Origin: a bacterium | GTDB lineage: Bacteria; Electryoneota; RPQS01 | Reading direction: 5' to 3' | Assembly (NCBI GenBank): GCA_016702305.1 | Contig: JADJEH010000011.1 | Location: 19,561-83,560 of the forward strand | Length of the DNA: 64,000 nucleotides | Shown: in pieces, positions 28,628 to 39,997 of the stretch | How positions within the stretch are numbered: the stretch's first letter is position 1 | How the letters are laid out: each line of letters begins with the position of its first letter | Notes under the pieces: generated by a model | Told to the model about the DNA's origin: nothing | Databases searched by the model: none | Seen by the model: the letters and a program-made list of their open reading frames with translations, nothing else | Made by a program: the position numbers and the translations under genes

Positions 28628-30067
28628 TTAACGGCCGTGTATCAGATGGACCAGGTCGCGCACGCTTGTCCGCAGTGATTCTGATTGTGCCGATAACTCC
28701 TCTGCAGCAGCTGCAGTTCGTTCACTTGATGATGAGTTAGAGGAGGAAGCTGACTTGATCGTGGCCATTGAACTGTTGACTACATCAATGTCGCGATGCT
28801 GGGACTCAGCTGCTTCTGCGATATCGTTGACTAGGCTATTGATCTCCTCCGCAGACATCTTGACTTCAGACAGGGCGTCACGCAGCGCCAAGACAACTCC
28901 TGATCCCGCTTCCACGCTGGCTACGGTGCTCTGAATCAGATCAGCGGTATTCTTTGCGGATTCAGCGCTTCGTCGTGCCAAGTTGCGCACCTCTTCGGCG
29001 ACTACGGCGAAGCCTTTGCCTGCTTCGCCTGCTCGCGCTGCTTCCACCGCCGCGTTCAGGGCGAGCAAGTTCGTTTGAAACGCGATTTCGTCAATGGTCC
29101 GGACAATTGCGGAAGTCTGCCGTGACGCCTCACGAATTTGCTGCATGGATGTTTCCATGCTCTCGGCGCGCTCAGTGGCAAGCCGAGTCTTCGACATGGA
29201 CTTTTCAACCAATTCTCGAGCCATCTCGGCGTGCCGAGCATTTTCCGACGTTCTGTTGCTGAGCTGGGTCACGGCCTCTGAAGTCTCCTTAAGCCCAGTG
29301 TCTTCGTCATGTGATGCCGCTGCCAAAGATTGGCTCGCGCCCGAGAGTTCATTTGCTGCCGCTGTAATCTGATCCGACCCCTCGTTTAAGCTCATCGTGA
29401 TTAGTTCCGCCGGCCGATTGATGGAAACTGTCACAACCCTGAAGTACACGAGGCTCATCAGGCAGAGTGAAATAAATCCGATCCCACACAATGTAAGAAT
29501 ACCGTTCAGTCGCATTTTAGCCAATGCTGCTTGCTTAGGGTCCAATGACTGGCGGATCTCAATGGCACCGTGAATCGGTTTGCCGCCTACCTTTTGATTG
29601 GAAGTATGGCAGTCGAGACAGCTTTTTTCAAGATGAATCGGCCGAAAATAGCAGAGATGGCCGTCTTCATCATCGATTTCGACATGCTCGGCCAAGTTGT
29701 TCGCCACGATGCGCTGCAAAATTTCGCTTTGCTTGGCATTGGCTTTGTTTTCCTTGTTCTCCGGTTCCGCGACAGGAGTCATAAATTGATAACCTCCTTC
29801 GCTAGCCATTTTGCGTGCCATCGCCCAGTGATCATCCGCACTGGCGTTTTCGGCCAGCATGGCGTTGGCTGCTTCAGTCGCAACACAAATCGCCCGCGCT
29901 TTGTCCACATACATAGCGCGCAGTTGACTTGATGACTGAAAGTAATAGACTGAAAACAGTATTAACATCAAAGAACATGTCAACGTCAAACCGATGACGA
30001 CAATCTTGGTACGGTGTGACAATACTCCAAACCCCAGCATTGTGTACTCCTTTTCATGAACATTCAC
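28628..30067 (-). CDS. Methyl-accepting chemotaxis protein with a periplasmic sensor domain carrying a CxxCH haem-c binding motif
   Basis: TM1 '[22 protein letters not shown]'. Periplasmic '[20 protein letters not shown]'. TM2 '[21 protein letters not shown]'. The cytoplasmic MA domain is '[42 protein letters not shown]'. Confidence 0.8.
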   Translation of the reverse strand: MNVHEKEYTMLGFGVLSHRTKIVVIGLTLTCSLMLILFSVYYFQSSSQLRAMYVDKARAICVATEAANAMLAENASADDHWAMARKMASEGGYQFMTPVAEPENKENKANAKQSEILQRIVANNLAEHVEIDDEDGHLCYFRPIHLEKSCLDCHTSNQKVGGKPIHGAIEIRQSLDPKQAALAKMRLNGILTLCGIGFISLCLMSLVYFRVVTVSINRPAELITMSLNEGSDQITAAANELSGASQSLAAASHDEDTGLKETSEAVTQLSNRTSENARHAEMARELVEKSMSKTRLATERAESMETSMQQIREASRQTSAIVRTIDEIAFQTNLLALNAAVEAARAGEAGKGFAVVAEEVRNLARRSAESAKNTADLIQSTVASVEAGSGVVLALRDALSEVKMSAEEINSLVNDIAEAAESQHRDIDVVNSSMATIKSASSSNSSSSERTAAAAEELSAQSESLRTSVRDLVHLIHGR

Positions 30068-30726
30068 GGCTTGTTCACTCCTTTGGCAACTCGCGTGCCG
30101 ACTATCGCATGAGTATCCGCCGAAGTTCTCGAATCTCGCTTTTGGAAAAAGTGTTCATAATTTGCCCAGAAACGTCGCGAAGTAAGCATGACCCGAGTGC
30201 TTCACCAGTAGTTGTTGTGGACATTCTTTCCCTTTCATGCTCCAAGGAAGACACAGTATTTTCCGCATTTCACAAACACAAATATCTGCTTGATCAGGCA
30301 GGCATTGGATTTGAATAGGGTCGTCAATGCTCAAGCGCGGTTAAAAAGAACCGCTGGCTAAAAGTATTTCCCTCGGTGTCATCGTGTGTTGGCGGCCATT
30401 TCGTGCCGCGCTAACCGTTGTTGCCGAAGAATCAGTCTGGGGCGATCAGGTCGTCATATGGCCGGGTCCGGGCATTCCACAATTGCTCCCCGTTGGCACC
30501 GCGCAGCACATTGCGCCCGAAGCGTTTTACAGCCTGGATTGCTGGCGAGTCAGCAAGGCGACGGGCGAGTGCGGGGCCGCCGAACTGCAATCCGCTAATA
30601 TACTGATTTCTATAGAGTTCGATATGGCCCGGCGGTGCCGCGCTCACCGGTGAGCAATAAATCCCAAGAAGCGATATATTCTATGTTAAACAAGCAGAGC
30701 GTCACGTCACGAACCACAAGAGAGTA

Positions 30727-32397
30727 ATGGCACCACAGTACATATTTGTCATGCAGAATCTCGTCAAACTGTATGGCAGTGAGAAAGTCCTTGACGACAT
30801 AAATTTGGCCTTCTATCCGGGCGCCAAGATCGGGTTAGTCGGCGACAATGGATCGGGCAAGTCCACACTCCTGCGCATCATGGCCGGGTTGGACAGAGAG
30901 TTTCAAGGCTCCGCTGAACCAGCCAAAGGAGTGCGCGCCGTTTTGGTTGCTCAGGAGCCTGTGCTGGACTTGGACAAGACTGTGCGGGAAAACGTCGAAA
31001 TGGCATTCGGTCCGACTTTGAACTTGATCGAGAAGTACAATAAACTCGCCGAGGACATGGCCAGCATGGACGGCGATGCCATGGAAAAGGCGCTCGATCG
31101 CATGCAGAAGCTGCAAGACGAAATTGACAAAGTGGATGGTTGGAATCTTGAACACCAGGTGGAAGTGGCATCAGACGCCTTGTTCCTGCCGGACGGTGAT
31201 CTACTGGTATCACAGATTTCCGGCGGGGAACGTCGGCGCGTGGCGCTTTGCAAAGCGCTAATCGAAAAGCCGGATATTCTCCTTCTTGACGAACCGACCA
31301 ACCATCTCGACGCAGAAACGGTGTTATGGCTCGAAAAGCAACTGCGTGAATTCGAAGGTACGGTGATAATATCCACCCACGATCGCTATTTCCTCGACAA
31401 TATCACCAAGTGGATTCTGGAGCTGGACGCGGGCAAGGGTATACCATGGGAAGGTAACTACTCGTCATGGCTCGAACAGAAGATCGCGCAGATGGACGTC
31501 GGCGACAAGAAGCCGTCGGCGAAATTGGCGTCATTGAAGCGCGAACTGGCGTGGATCAAACTTAGTCAGCGCGATCGCCTCGCGGAGAGCCACAAGCACG
31601 TTGCGGAGTACGAGAAGCGCTCCAAAGAAGTGTTTGAAGTCAGCAATCAGAACATGGACATTCAAATTGCGCCGGGACCACACCTGGGAGATGTGGTCCT
31701 CGAAATCGAGAAAGTCACCAAGAGCTTTGGCGACAACCTCCTGATTGACCGCATGAATCTGTTCATTCCGCCGGGCAGCATTACGGGCGTGATCGGACCC
31801 AATGGTGCGGGTAAATCAACGCTGTTTCGCATGATTACCGGGGAGCAGCAGCCTGATTCGGGCACCATACGCTTAGGTCCGTCTGTCGTGCTTTCGTACG
31901 TGGATCAGATGCGGGACAATCTTGACGACAAGAAAACGGTGTTTGAGGAGATTACTGACGGCAGCGACACAATCATGATGGGCACCAAGGAAATCTCGTC
32001 GCGTGCTTACGTGTCGAAGTTCAATTTTCGCGGAGGTGATCAGCAGAAGCTCGTCGGAAATCTCTCCGGCGGCGAACGCAATCGCGTGCACTTGGCGAGG
32101 CTTCTACGCAAGGGGGGCAATTTCCTGATTCTTGACGAACCGAGCAATGATCTTGATATCACGACGCTGCGTATGCTGGAGAACGCGCTGTTGGACTTCA
32201 GCGGCTGCGTCATGGTGATTAGTCATGACCGGTTCTTCCTGGACCGCATTTGCACGCATATTCTGGCGTTCGAAGGCAACGGAGTGGCACGTTGGTTTGA
32301 AGGCAATTTTGAAGCGTACGAACAGCAGCGCCGGACTGAATTGGGGGCGAACTACGATCGCCCGCGCCGTTCACTCTATCGTAAGCTTACGGCATAG
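30727..32397 (+). CDS. ettA: ABC-F translational throttle ATPase EttA
   Basis: 556 aa with two ABC cassettes. 'FYPGAKIGLVGDNGSGKSTLLRIMAG', 'LSGGERRRVALCKAL', 'GPNGAGKSTLFRMITGEQQPDSGTI' and 'LSGGERNRVHLARLL'. It is co-linear with E. coli EttA/YjjK. Confidence 0.9.
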   Translation: MAPQYIFVMQNLVKLYGSEKVLDDINLAFYPGAKIGLVGDNGSGKSTLLRIMAGLDREFQGSAEPAKGVRAVLVAQEPVLDLDKTVRENVEMAFGPTLNLIEKYNKLAEDMASMDGDAMEKALDRMQKLQDEIDKVDGWNLEHQVEVASDALFLPDGDLLVSQISGGERRRVALCKALIEKPDILLLDEPTNHLDAETVLWLEKQLREFEGTVIISTHDRYFLDNITKWILELDAGKGIPWEGNYSSWLEQKIAQMDVGDKKPSAKLASLKRELAWIKLSQRDRLAESHKHVAEYEKRSKEVFEVSNQNMDIQIAPGPHLGDVVLEIEKVTKSFGDNLLIDRMNLFIPPGSITGVIGPNGAGKSTLFRMITGEQQPDSGTIRLGPSVVLSYVDQMRDNLDDKKTVFEEITDGSDTIMMGTKEISSRAYVSKFNFRGGDQQKLVGNLSGGERNRVHLARLLRKGGNFLILDEPSNDLDITTLRMLENALLDFSGCVMVISHDRFFLDRICTHILAFEGNGVARWFEGNFEAYEQQRRTELGANYDRPRRSLYRKLTA

Positions 32398-32431
32398 CTT
32401 CCCGTCGCATGGAGTAAAAGAGGTAAATGCA

Positions 32432-33976
32432 ATGAACGCTTTAGGGAATCATCGCGGAACAGGCATGCATTGGAACATCACGCTTCTGTGGCTGGCGGTG
32501 CTGATTCCGCTAACCGCCGCAACGACAGCTTCGCTGCATCCGGTGCTCAATCAGGTGTTGAACCACTACTCGGAAGCGGATGATTCGCTCAAAAGGAAGG
32601 CCGCGACGTTTCTGTTTGAGAATATGGAAGGACATAGCTACATGACCTTCGATTTAGCGGACACAGCCGGGACCGTTGTGGCTTTTGATGTGCTCGACTA
32701 TGCGACGTTTGCGGATCTGGAATCTTCCTTCAAGACTCTCGAAAATACACGCGGAACGCTTGATTTCCAGAAGCGCGCCGTGACCATGGATGACTCCGTG
32801 ATTACCGCGGAATTCGTAATAGACCATGTGGACCGCGCCATGGCAGCGTGGCGGTCGCGGCCTTGGGCGCGGGATTTCAGCTTCGCGGAGTTCTGTGAAT
32901 ACATTCTGCCCTATCGCGGGAGCAATGAGCCGCTCGAGTTGTGGCGCGAGTTCTTTGCAAGTCGCTATGACAGCGCTTTCAATCTCATGGCGGATCCGGC
33001 CGATCCGATTGAGGCCGCGAGTCTGATCAATCGTGATCTGATGTCGTGGTTTCATTTTGACCCGCGCTTCTATTACCATCCTACGGATCAAGGATTAGCC
33101 GACATGCGTTCGACGACGTTGGGCCGCTGCGAGGACATGACTAATCTCACGATCTATGCGATGCGTGCGAATGGCTTGGCGGTGACCAGCGACTATACGC
33201 CCTACTGGGCCAACTCAGGGAACAACCATGCTTGGAACGCAATAGTAACAGCGGACGGCAAGGTGATACCGTTTATGGGCGCGGAAGCCAATCCGGGTTC
33301 TTACCAGCTTGCCAACAAGCTCGCCAAAGTCTATCGCAAGACATATTCGGTGCAGCGTGACAATCTGGCCTTCCAGGTGGCGATCCCGGAAGACTTGCCC
33401 AAGTATCTCTCTTCCAAGAGCTACACGGATGTAACGCGCGATTACACGACCGTTCGTGATGTGACATTAGACTTTGCGGCGCCGGACTCGATCACGATCG
33501 GCTACTTGTGCGTATTCAACTCCGGAGAATGGAAAGCGATTCACTGGAGTCGTTTGCAAAATGGTGCGGCGGTCTTTTCTGACATGGGAGTCGGTATTGC
33601 CTATCTTCCGGCCTGCTTCAGCGACGGAAAAATCGTGCCCGTCGGCGCGCCGTTTATTCTGGCTGAAGACGGATCAGTGCATCCGACCATCGCGGACACA
33701 ACCAATCTGATACGCATGGAGTTGACCGCGACTACGAAAACGACTCTCGAAATGTCCACGGATGGCATCCGAAAAACCAACTTCTTGCCGGATGTCGTTT
33801 ACGAGTTGAAGTTCTGGCGCGACGGTTGGCAAACGCTGGGAACCGTCGCCGCCGACGACAAACCGATCGTATTCGACAATGTGCCCAGCGCCGCGATCTA
33901 TTGGCTGACGGCCGCGGATTCAGATCGCGAAGAACGCATCTTCACTTACGAAAATAATCAGCAGGTCTGGTGGTAA
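32432..33976 (+). CDS. Transglutaminase-like cysteine-protease-superfamily protein, secreted or membrane-anchored
   Basis: Signal/TM 'HWNITLLWLAVLIPLTAATTASL'. Cys core 'GRCEDMTNLTIYAMRANGLAV'. His motif 'NNHAWNAIV'. Good RBS AAGAGG. Confidence 0.7.
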   Translation: MNALGNHRGTGMHWNITLLWLAVLIPLTAATTASLHPVLNQVLNHYSEADDSLKRKAATFLFENMEGHSYMTFDLADTAGTVVAFDVLDYATFADLESSFKTLENTRGTLDFQKRAVTMDDSVITAEFVIDHVDRAMAAWRSRPWARDFSFAEFCEYILPYRGSNEPLELWREFFASRYDSAFNLMADPADPIEAASLINRDLMSWFHFDPRFYYHPTDQGLADMRSTTLGRCEDMTNLTIYAMRANGLAVTSDYTPYWANSGNNHAWNAIVTADGKVIPFMGAEANPGSYQLANKLAKVYRKTYSVQRDNLAFQVAIPEDLPKYLSSKSYTDVTRDYTTVRDVTLDFAAPDSITIGYLCVFNSGEWKAIHWSRLQNGAAVFSDMGVGIAYLPACFSDGKIVPVGAPFILAEDGSVHPTIADTTNLIRMELTATTKTTLEMSTDGIRKTNFLPDVVYELKFWRDGWQTLGTVAADDKPIVFDNVPSAAIYWLTAADSDREERIFTYENNQQVWW

Positions 33977-34009
33977 TCCCACAAGATCAGGTCATTACCG
34001 GGTACAAAC

Positions 34010-34372
34010 ATGACAGAACAGCGTTGGGCCGCCGAATTGCCGATTTCAATCACGGTCTGTGATAGCAATGGAATGATACTGGAGATGAATGAGAAGTCCA
34101 AGGCGACATTTGCTGCCGACGGCGGCGGCGCGTTGATCGGCACAAACGTGCTGGATTGCCACCCGGAGCCATCCAGGTCTCAACTGGCGGACATGCTCGT
34201 TGAACGGACGACGAACATTTATACGATCGAGAAGAACGGTGTGAAGAAATTGATCTACCAGATGCCGTGGTACGAAAACGCGGAGTATCGTGGCTATGTC
34301 GAACTCTCATTGGAAATCCCGTTTGACATGCCGCATTTTGTGCGTGCCAATAGCAAACCGGCGCAGGGATGA
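34010..34372 (+). CDS. Small PAS-like domain protein of 120 aa
   Basis: 'ISITVCDSNGMILEMNEKSKATFAADGGGALIGTNVLDCHPE...' is a PAS-fold-like pattern. Weak. Confidence 0.45.
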   Translation: MTEQRWAAELPISITVCDSNGMILEMNEKSKATFAADGGGALIGTNVLDCHPEPSRSQLADMLVERTTNIYTIEKNGVKKLIYQMPWYENAEYRGYVELSLEIPFDMPHFVRANSKPAQG

Positions 34373-34755
34373 TTACATCGTCTTCGCCGCAATCCAAGGC
34401 CTGAAAATCGCGCTCGCAACCTTGGACCGCTTGTTTCATAGTTGATAAAATCAATCAAGTTATAAATGCAATATTGTCATTGTGTCCGGAGAGGTGCAAC
34501 TTTCTATTTAGACTGGCTAATCTGCATTGCTTATCTGTGCGCGATTGTGTAGCTTATTGGACAAGGTGAGTACTACCCCGCCGCATCGGATGCAAACGGT
34601 GCGAAGTAACTCCTCAAATTGTGCGGCACCTGTGCACAGGACCGGTTCGGCATTGGCGATGGAGGATGGAAGAGGATATGTCGCTAGCGATGCTCGGCAA
34701 GTACCTGATTTAGGCCGTGGACTTGCCAGAAGGAACATACAAGAAGGAACGTGAC

Positions 34756-37617
34756 ATGAAGAATCGAATGAGACTATTTGTGGGACTCGCCGCGCTGCTT
34801 AGCGTCGTGGCGGTATTCGCTGCCTCGACCGTCATAAGTCAAACGACACATGGCAAATCGGCGACTGTAACCTACGTGCGCGATGCCGAGCCAAATAGTG
34901 CCTCGGCAACGTCAACTGACCCGGCCATCACCAAGGTGATCGCTGAGCAGCGGGAGCTTCAGGGATTGTACCACGAGTTCCAAGCGGCCAAGACTGCGGG
35001 CGCGGCACCTGCGCCAGCGCTGCTCAGTCGAGTCGCACAGCTACGTCCGCCCGCGGTTCGCCGCGGCAGCCTGGATCAGGGTGGTGAAGATTGCACGACC
35101 TCGACACCGATTGACTTCGTGCCATACACGGATTTTGGCAGCACATTCGGTTATCAGGATGAAATCCCTGAATGCGACGGCAGCGGCGCGGGACCTGATG
35201 TTGTCTACTCCTATACGCCTGCGACCACCGGCGACTATTACGTCAGCATGTGTGGATCGTCGTATGACACAAAGCTGTCGGTCTATGCGGATAATTGCGG
35301 CGGCGTACCCATTGCCTGCAACGACGACGGGCCCTGCTGGCCGTCATCGGTGATCGCCCGCGTGACTCTTGTGGGCGGAACAACGCATTACTTCGTAATC
35401 GACGGCTGGAACGGTGACTTCGGCGACTATGCGTTCTACATTGAAGAACTGGCGCCGGCACCCCAAGGCGATAACTGTGACAACCCGATCGTCGTCGCGG
35501 ATCTTCCATTCAGTGTCGTAAATGAAACGAACTGCGTCTACTCGAACAACTACTCCGGATCCACGTGCCTGAGCAATCAGGATGAAGGCCCGGACGTTAT
35601 CTACTCGTTCACGCTAACGACGCAGACGTCCGTCGAGATTATCCTCAACGCGCATCTGTCCGACACTCCGCCGCAGGAATGGGTTATGCCCGGAATCCTA
35701 CTCAGCGACCATTGTCCGCCGGATTGGACATGCATTGCATCGGCCAGCAGTTGGACGATCGTCGAGTCAATTCCGCTTGTGCTGGACTGCAACTCGCTTG
35801 CCGCAGGTACGTACTATGTCATGATTGACAATGGAACTTGGCTCCACCCTTGCTACTCCTACGATCTGTTGATTCAGACCTGTGGGCCGTGCGACCTGGT
35901 CAGTCAGCCGGGTGATGTTGAAGAAGTGGCCGAGGCGTTCCCGCTGCCCGGTACGTTCTCGATCAACGATCCCGATGGCGGCTGCAACAACGACACTCCG
36001 TTTGCGCCGCAGTTTCACGATGTCGCGGGCGGCCAGACGGTTCACGGCCGGACATTTGCCTATACGGACTCGATTTCAGGTTCATTGCGCGCCGACACGG
36101 ACTGGTACCGCTTGTCACTCGCGATGCCGGCTGAGCTGACGGTTACCTACGTCGGTGAGACGTCGCTGCAAGCTGCCTTGCTCGAAGCACCGTGCGGAAC
36201 GATCCCCCTGCAAAATGGCATTCAGACGACGCCTTGCGGCTCGCGGTCAATGACGACCACATGCCTTGCGCCCGGCGACTATTACATTCGTATCACGCGC
36301 GGCGGCGCTCTGTCGTCTCCGGACACTGAGCCGTTTGAATATCGCGTATCATTCGATCTGGTTACCTGTGAACTACCCACGGGCCGCTGCTGCTACGCCG
36401 GCATTTGTTCGATGTACACGGAGCCCGAGTGCGATATTCTGGGTGGTTATTGGGATGCGCTGCTGACCTGCGCTGATCCCTGTCCGATCTATCCGCCGAA
36501 TGACCATTGTGAAAATGCCGGTGTGCCGGCGACGCTGCCTGCGACATTCACGGGCACCAACGTCAATGCCACGAACGACTGCCCGCAGGAGGGCGACCCG
36601 CAGGTGTGGCACGTCTTCACAACCACGGAAACGCAGGACATTCAGATTGACTATTGCGGCACCCAGAATTTTCACAGCTTCAATCCGTGGATTTATGACG
36701 GCTGTCCGTGTGGCGACCGCATCATGCTGGAGGCCGTGGACTGGGGCTTCTGTTCACCGATCACAGCGATGACAGGTCTCTGGCGCAGCGTACCGGCCGG
36801 GACATGGTACATCTCAGTTACGATGTACGACCCCAATAGCATCGGCGAATACACCATTCATGTCAATGCCGTTTCCAGTCTTCCGCCTGACAATGATGAG
36901 TGTGCGGCGGCTGCGCCTCTAACACTTGTTCCCAATGGATCCGTTACCGTATCCGGAACCACGATGAATGCCGCAGCAAGTTGCACGGACGCGTGTGACG
37001 AGGGTGGCTTCACTTACAGTTCTTCGGGCGGCGACGTGTTCTATTCGCTGGACTTAAGCGAAACTCGAAAGATCGCGCTGGCGCTCGGCACGAGCGACAT
37101 GCACATTTCCGTCTATGAGGGCCAGGGCCAGTGTTGCGTGAGTCCTGCGCTCCTGTGCAACGACGATGATGCCAACTTTGTACCGCTGCCTTCGTGGGAC
37201 GTTCCCGAACAGCATCCTGGCGAATCAAGGTCCTATGTTGCCGCGAATATGGGGCCGGGGCTGTTCTTGATTCGGGTGGCCAAGTATGGCGCGCAAGTTG
37301 GCGCCTACACGCTCACGGTTTACGACAACGGTCCCTTGCACTGCACGCCGCCTGACGCTCCGGACGATCTCACCGCGATGGTCGAGGGTGACAATATAGA
37401 ACTCCGGTGGTCAACCGACGCCGCGTCCGCTGCGCGCGGCACCTATCGGATCTGGGCCAACACCAACTGGATGCCGTTCGATGACCTAAGTTGGACGATT
37501 GTCGCCGATAATATCGTGCCGGTGGTCGCTGACGACCATCTGTACTACAGTGAGCCTGCCGCTGGCAACAGTATGATGTTCTACATCGTTACCGGTCACT
37601 GCACGGATACGCCATAG
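34756..37617 (+). CDS. Large secreted Cys-rich protein of ~950 aa with repeated PPC-like (pre-peptidase C-terminal-like) beta-sandwich modules
   Basis: Signal 'MKNRMRLFVGLAALLSVVAVFA' with an AAGAAGGAA RBS. Recurring 'D(V)VYSYT...GDYYVSMCGSSYDTKLSVYADNCGG' / 'DVIYSFTL...' / 'GGDVFYSLDL...HISVY' modules. Many Cys. Confidence 0.65.
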   Translation: MKNRMRLFVGLAALLSVVAVFAASTVISQTTHGKSATVTYVRDAEPNSASATSTDPAITKVIAEQRELQGLYHEFQAAKTAGAAPAPALLSRVAQLRPPAVRRGSLDQGGEDCTTSTPIDFVPYTDFGSTFGYQDEIPECDGSGAGPDVVYSYTPATTGDYYVSMCGSSYDTKLSVYADNCGGVPIACNDDGPCWPSSVIARVTLVGGTTHYFVIDGWNGDFGDYAFYIEELAPAPQGDNCDNPIVVADLPFSVVNETNCVYSNNYSGSTCLSNQDEGPDVIYSFTLTTQTSVEIILNAHLSDTPPQEWVMPGILLSDHCPPDWTCIASASSWTIVESIPLVLDCNSLAAGTYYVMIDNGTWLHPCYSYDLLIQTCGPCDLVSQPGDVEEVAEAFPLPGTFSINDPDGGCNNDTPFAPQFHDVAGGQTVHGRTFAYTDSISGSLRADTDWYRLSLAMPAELTVTYVGETSLQAALLEAPCGTIPLQNGIQTTPCGSRSMTTTCLAPGDYYIRITRGGALSSPDTEPFEYRVSFDLVTCELPTGRCCYAGICSMYTEPECDILGGYWDALLTCADPCPIYPPNDHCENAGVPATLPATFTGTNVNATNDCPQEGDPQVWHVFTTTETQDIQIDYCGTQNFHSFNPWIYDGCPCGDRIMLEAVDWGFCSPITAMTGLWRSVPAGTWYISVTMYDPNSIGEYTIHVNAVSSLPPDNDECAAAAPLTLVPNGSVTVSGTTMNAAASCTDACDEGGFTYSSSGGDVFYSLDLSETRKIALALGTSDMHISVYEGQGQCCVSPALLCNDDDANFVPLPSWDVPEQHPGESRSYVAANMGPGLFLIRVAKYGAQVGAYTLTVYDNGPLHCTPPDAPDDLTAMVEGDNIELRWSTDAASAARGTYRIWANTNWMPFDDLSWTIVADNIVPVVADDHLYYSEPAAGNSMMFYIVTGHCTDTP

Positions 37618-37834
37618 TTGCAATTATCGGTCGCGAGCAGTTTGCCTGGCGTCGTTCCAAGGCCTTGGCAAGAGGGCCTGGACGACGCAGGAATAGTCCT
37701 GCTGGCGATGTTAGCGCTCCTGTACTACGCGCTGCTCTGAGAGCAGCATGCATTGGTGAAATGAGCGGCGGTCAGAGCGCAAGACTCTGGCCGCCGCCTC
37801 ATGAGTATATACCACGGATCATCTACCGCCGCGA

Positions 37835-39853
37835 GTGCGGTGCAGAGTGATTCACCACGGACTCGTTACGAGGACTATTGTGCGTTGGCTTAGGCCTGCA
37901 ACACTTTTCGTACTTCTGAGTATTTCGGCGATCTCGGCCTTCGCGGTGCCGGACACGTTGTGGTCCGCCAGGATCACTACCGTCGGCAATCCCGCGATCT
38001 ACGACGCAATGACGCATTCCAGCGCCGATTTTATCGTCGTGGGCGAAACGAATCCCGGCCTGACGAATTCACGACTACTCATTGCTCGGATCAGTAGCGG
38101 TGGCGATGTGCAGTGGACACGCACGTTTCGCGGTTCTGCGCGCATGATCGCCAATTCGTGTGTTGAACTGCCAAACGGAGATGTCGTGGCCGCGGGCAGC
38201 AGCGGCAATGACCTGCTGCTCATGGCTATCAGCTCAGAAGGCGACAGCCTTTGGAGCCGCGTGTATGGTACAGGCGGTGCAACCGTTGCTAATGATGTAG
38301 CTCTCCTGCGCAACGGCAATCTTGCCGTCGTCGGCGCGGGACTCGGCACCGGAGGGATACACTCCGATCTGTTGTTACTCTTCTGCGACACCGGTCTTGA
38401 CACCTTGTGGACGAGGAGTATTGGCGGCAGCAATGTGGATATCGGGTACCGCATCACGGAACGGCATGATCGAACTCTGATCGTCGGCGGGTCATCCAAA
38501 AGCAATGGTGCAGGGGACTTCGATCTCTGGCTCGTGCACACAGACTCCGTGGGCACTCTGTTGTCGTCCGCGTTCGACGGCACTGCTGGGCCGGACAACT
38601 GTTACGATCTGTCTGACGGTGACAGTGTCATTTATTGGGGTGGAAAAACAACTTCCGGCAGTAACAACCTCGCCTATTTGGCGAAGGCCGGCGAATTCGG
38701 TGATTCACTGTTCGTGCGTAGCTACTCGCATGGCGGAGCTGAAGATCAGATTCGTGGAATACTCGCCCGGCGTACTGGCGGCGCCATTCTAACGGGCTGG
38801 TCGGGAATCAGTTGGAACAGCCGCCTCTGTTGGGTTTTTGCAATTGACTCCCGCGGCGATGTTGTTTGGGAGTGGGCGCATGGTCCGGCCGCGAGTGGGC
38901 TTTATGGCGCAATCGAGGTACCGAGCGGTGGTCTACTGGCGTATGGACAAGTCAGCGAGTCCAATACCCGCAAGGGATATGTTCTGCGCCTGATCTTCTC
39001 TGAGATCTCCGGATTCGTCATGGACGCCGCAAGCGGTGGCCCTGTGATGGGTGCGATTGTTTCAATCATCGGCGCAAATCAGCATGCCGTGACGGACTCG
39101 AATGGTGCGTACAAGATTCGCGTCGCCAATGGCACATATGATGTCGGGGTGTCAGGCGCATGTTTTTCGCGGGATACTTTGCACGGTGTTGTCGTTGAAC
39201 CGGATTCCATCGCACATGCGGATTTCGACGTTCTCCGCCCGCAGTATTTCAATGAAATGACGTCACTCAATGCGATGGTCCAAAACGAAGCGGTGACGTC
39301 AATACCACTCGTCATCGCGAATTCCGGCGCAGGCGCCATGGAAGTGGGTATCACCGCTCAGGCAATCAACCCTCCGGGAACATGGTTGAGTGTGGTGCCG
39401 GACACGGCATTGATCGCGGCGGGCGACTCAACGGTCTTTCAAGTTCTTGTCGCGCCGGATACGACCAACGATAGCCGTTATGAGTTCGATGGACAACTCG
39501 TCGTGCGAACGAACTCATGTCCGGGCGAATCAGATATTATACCGGTCATGGTGCAAGTGCTCAATGCCCATAATGCTCCGGCCATCTTGCCCGCGAGTTT
39601 TTCGCTTACGGCTTATCCCAATCCATTCAACGCTACTACGGTGCTGGAGTTCACAGTCCCGTCCACGGCGTGGGTGACACTCTCTGTATTCGACATTGCC
39701 GGGCGGATCGTCACGGTCTTGACAGAGAAATCCTATGCGCCCGGTTTGCACAAATTAGACTTTGCGGCCGGAGATTTACCTTCCGGCATCTACTTTGCGC
39801 ACATTGCAGTCGGCGATTTCAAAGCGACGCAGAAGATTATGCTCATCAAGTAA
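37835..39853 (+). CDS. Secreted beta-propeller-repeat protein with a T9SS C-terminal sorting domain
   Basis: Repeats 'GGDVQWTRTFRGS', 'EGDSLWSRVYGTGG', 'GLDTLWTRSIGGS', 'RGDVVWEWAHG'. The C-terminus 'AYPNPFNATTVLEFTVPSTAWVTLSVFDIAGRIVTVL...GIYFAHIAVGDFKATQKIMLIK' is the type-A T9SS CTD pattern. Confidence 0.75.
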   Translation: MRCRVIHHGLVTRTIVRWLRPATLFVLLSISAISAFAVPDTLWSARITTVGNPAIYDAMTHSSADFIVVGETNPGLTNSRLLIARISSGGDVQWTRTFRGSARMIANSCVELPNGDVVAAGSSGNDLLLMAISSEGDSLWSRVYGTGGATVANDVALLRNGNLAVVGAGLGTGGIHSDLLLLFCDTGLDTLWTRSIGGSNVDIGYRITERHDRTLIVGGSSKSNGAGDFDLWLVHTDSVGTLLSSAFDGTAGPDNCYDLSDGDSVIYWGGKTTSGSNNLAYLAKAGEFGDSLFVRSYSHGGAEDQIRGILARRTGGAILTGWSGISWNSRLCWVFAIDSRGDVVWEWAHGPAASGLYGAIEVPSGGLLAYGQVSESNTRKGYVLRLIFSEISGFVMDAASGGPVMGAIVSIIGANQHAVTDSNGAYKIRVANGTYDVGVSGACFSRDTLHGVVVEPDSIAHADFDVLRPQYFNEMTSLNAMVQNEAVTSIPLVIANSGAGAMEVGITAQAINPPGTWLSVVPDTALIAAGDSTVFQVLVAPDTTNDSRYEFDGQLVVRTNSCPGESDIIPVMVQVLNAHNAPAILPASFSLTAYPNPFNATTVLEFTVPSTAWVTLSVFDIAGRIVTVLTEKSYAPGLHKLDFAAGDLPSGIYFAHIAVGDFKATQKIMLIK

Positions 39854-39997
39854 TAGTCCTCAGTTTCCGCATCGTCGCTCCGCGCCGGATAAACGTCAAA
39901 GGGCTTACCACATTCTGGTAAGCCCTTTGTCTTGCCGTCAACGCTACGGGCGCGCCAAATGGCGCGCCCGTAGTCTTCCCAGTCAGTTCGTGGTCAA

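Noticed and set aside
30384-30653. Overlapping ORFs in the 30.07-30.72 kb intergenic region
   Set aside because: Three mutually overlapping frames on both strands have no motifs. This is probably the promoter and leader region between the divergently oriented MCP and ettA genes.
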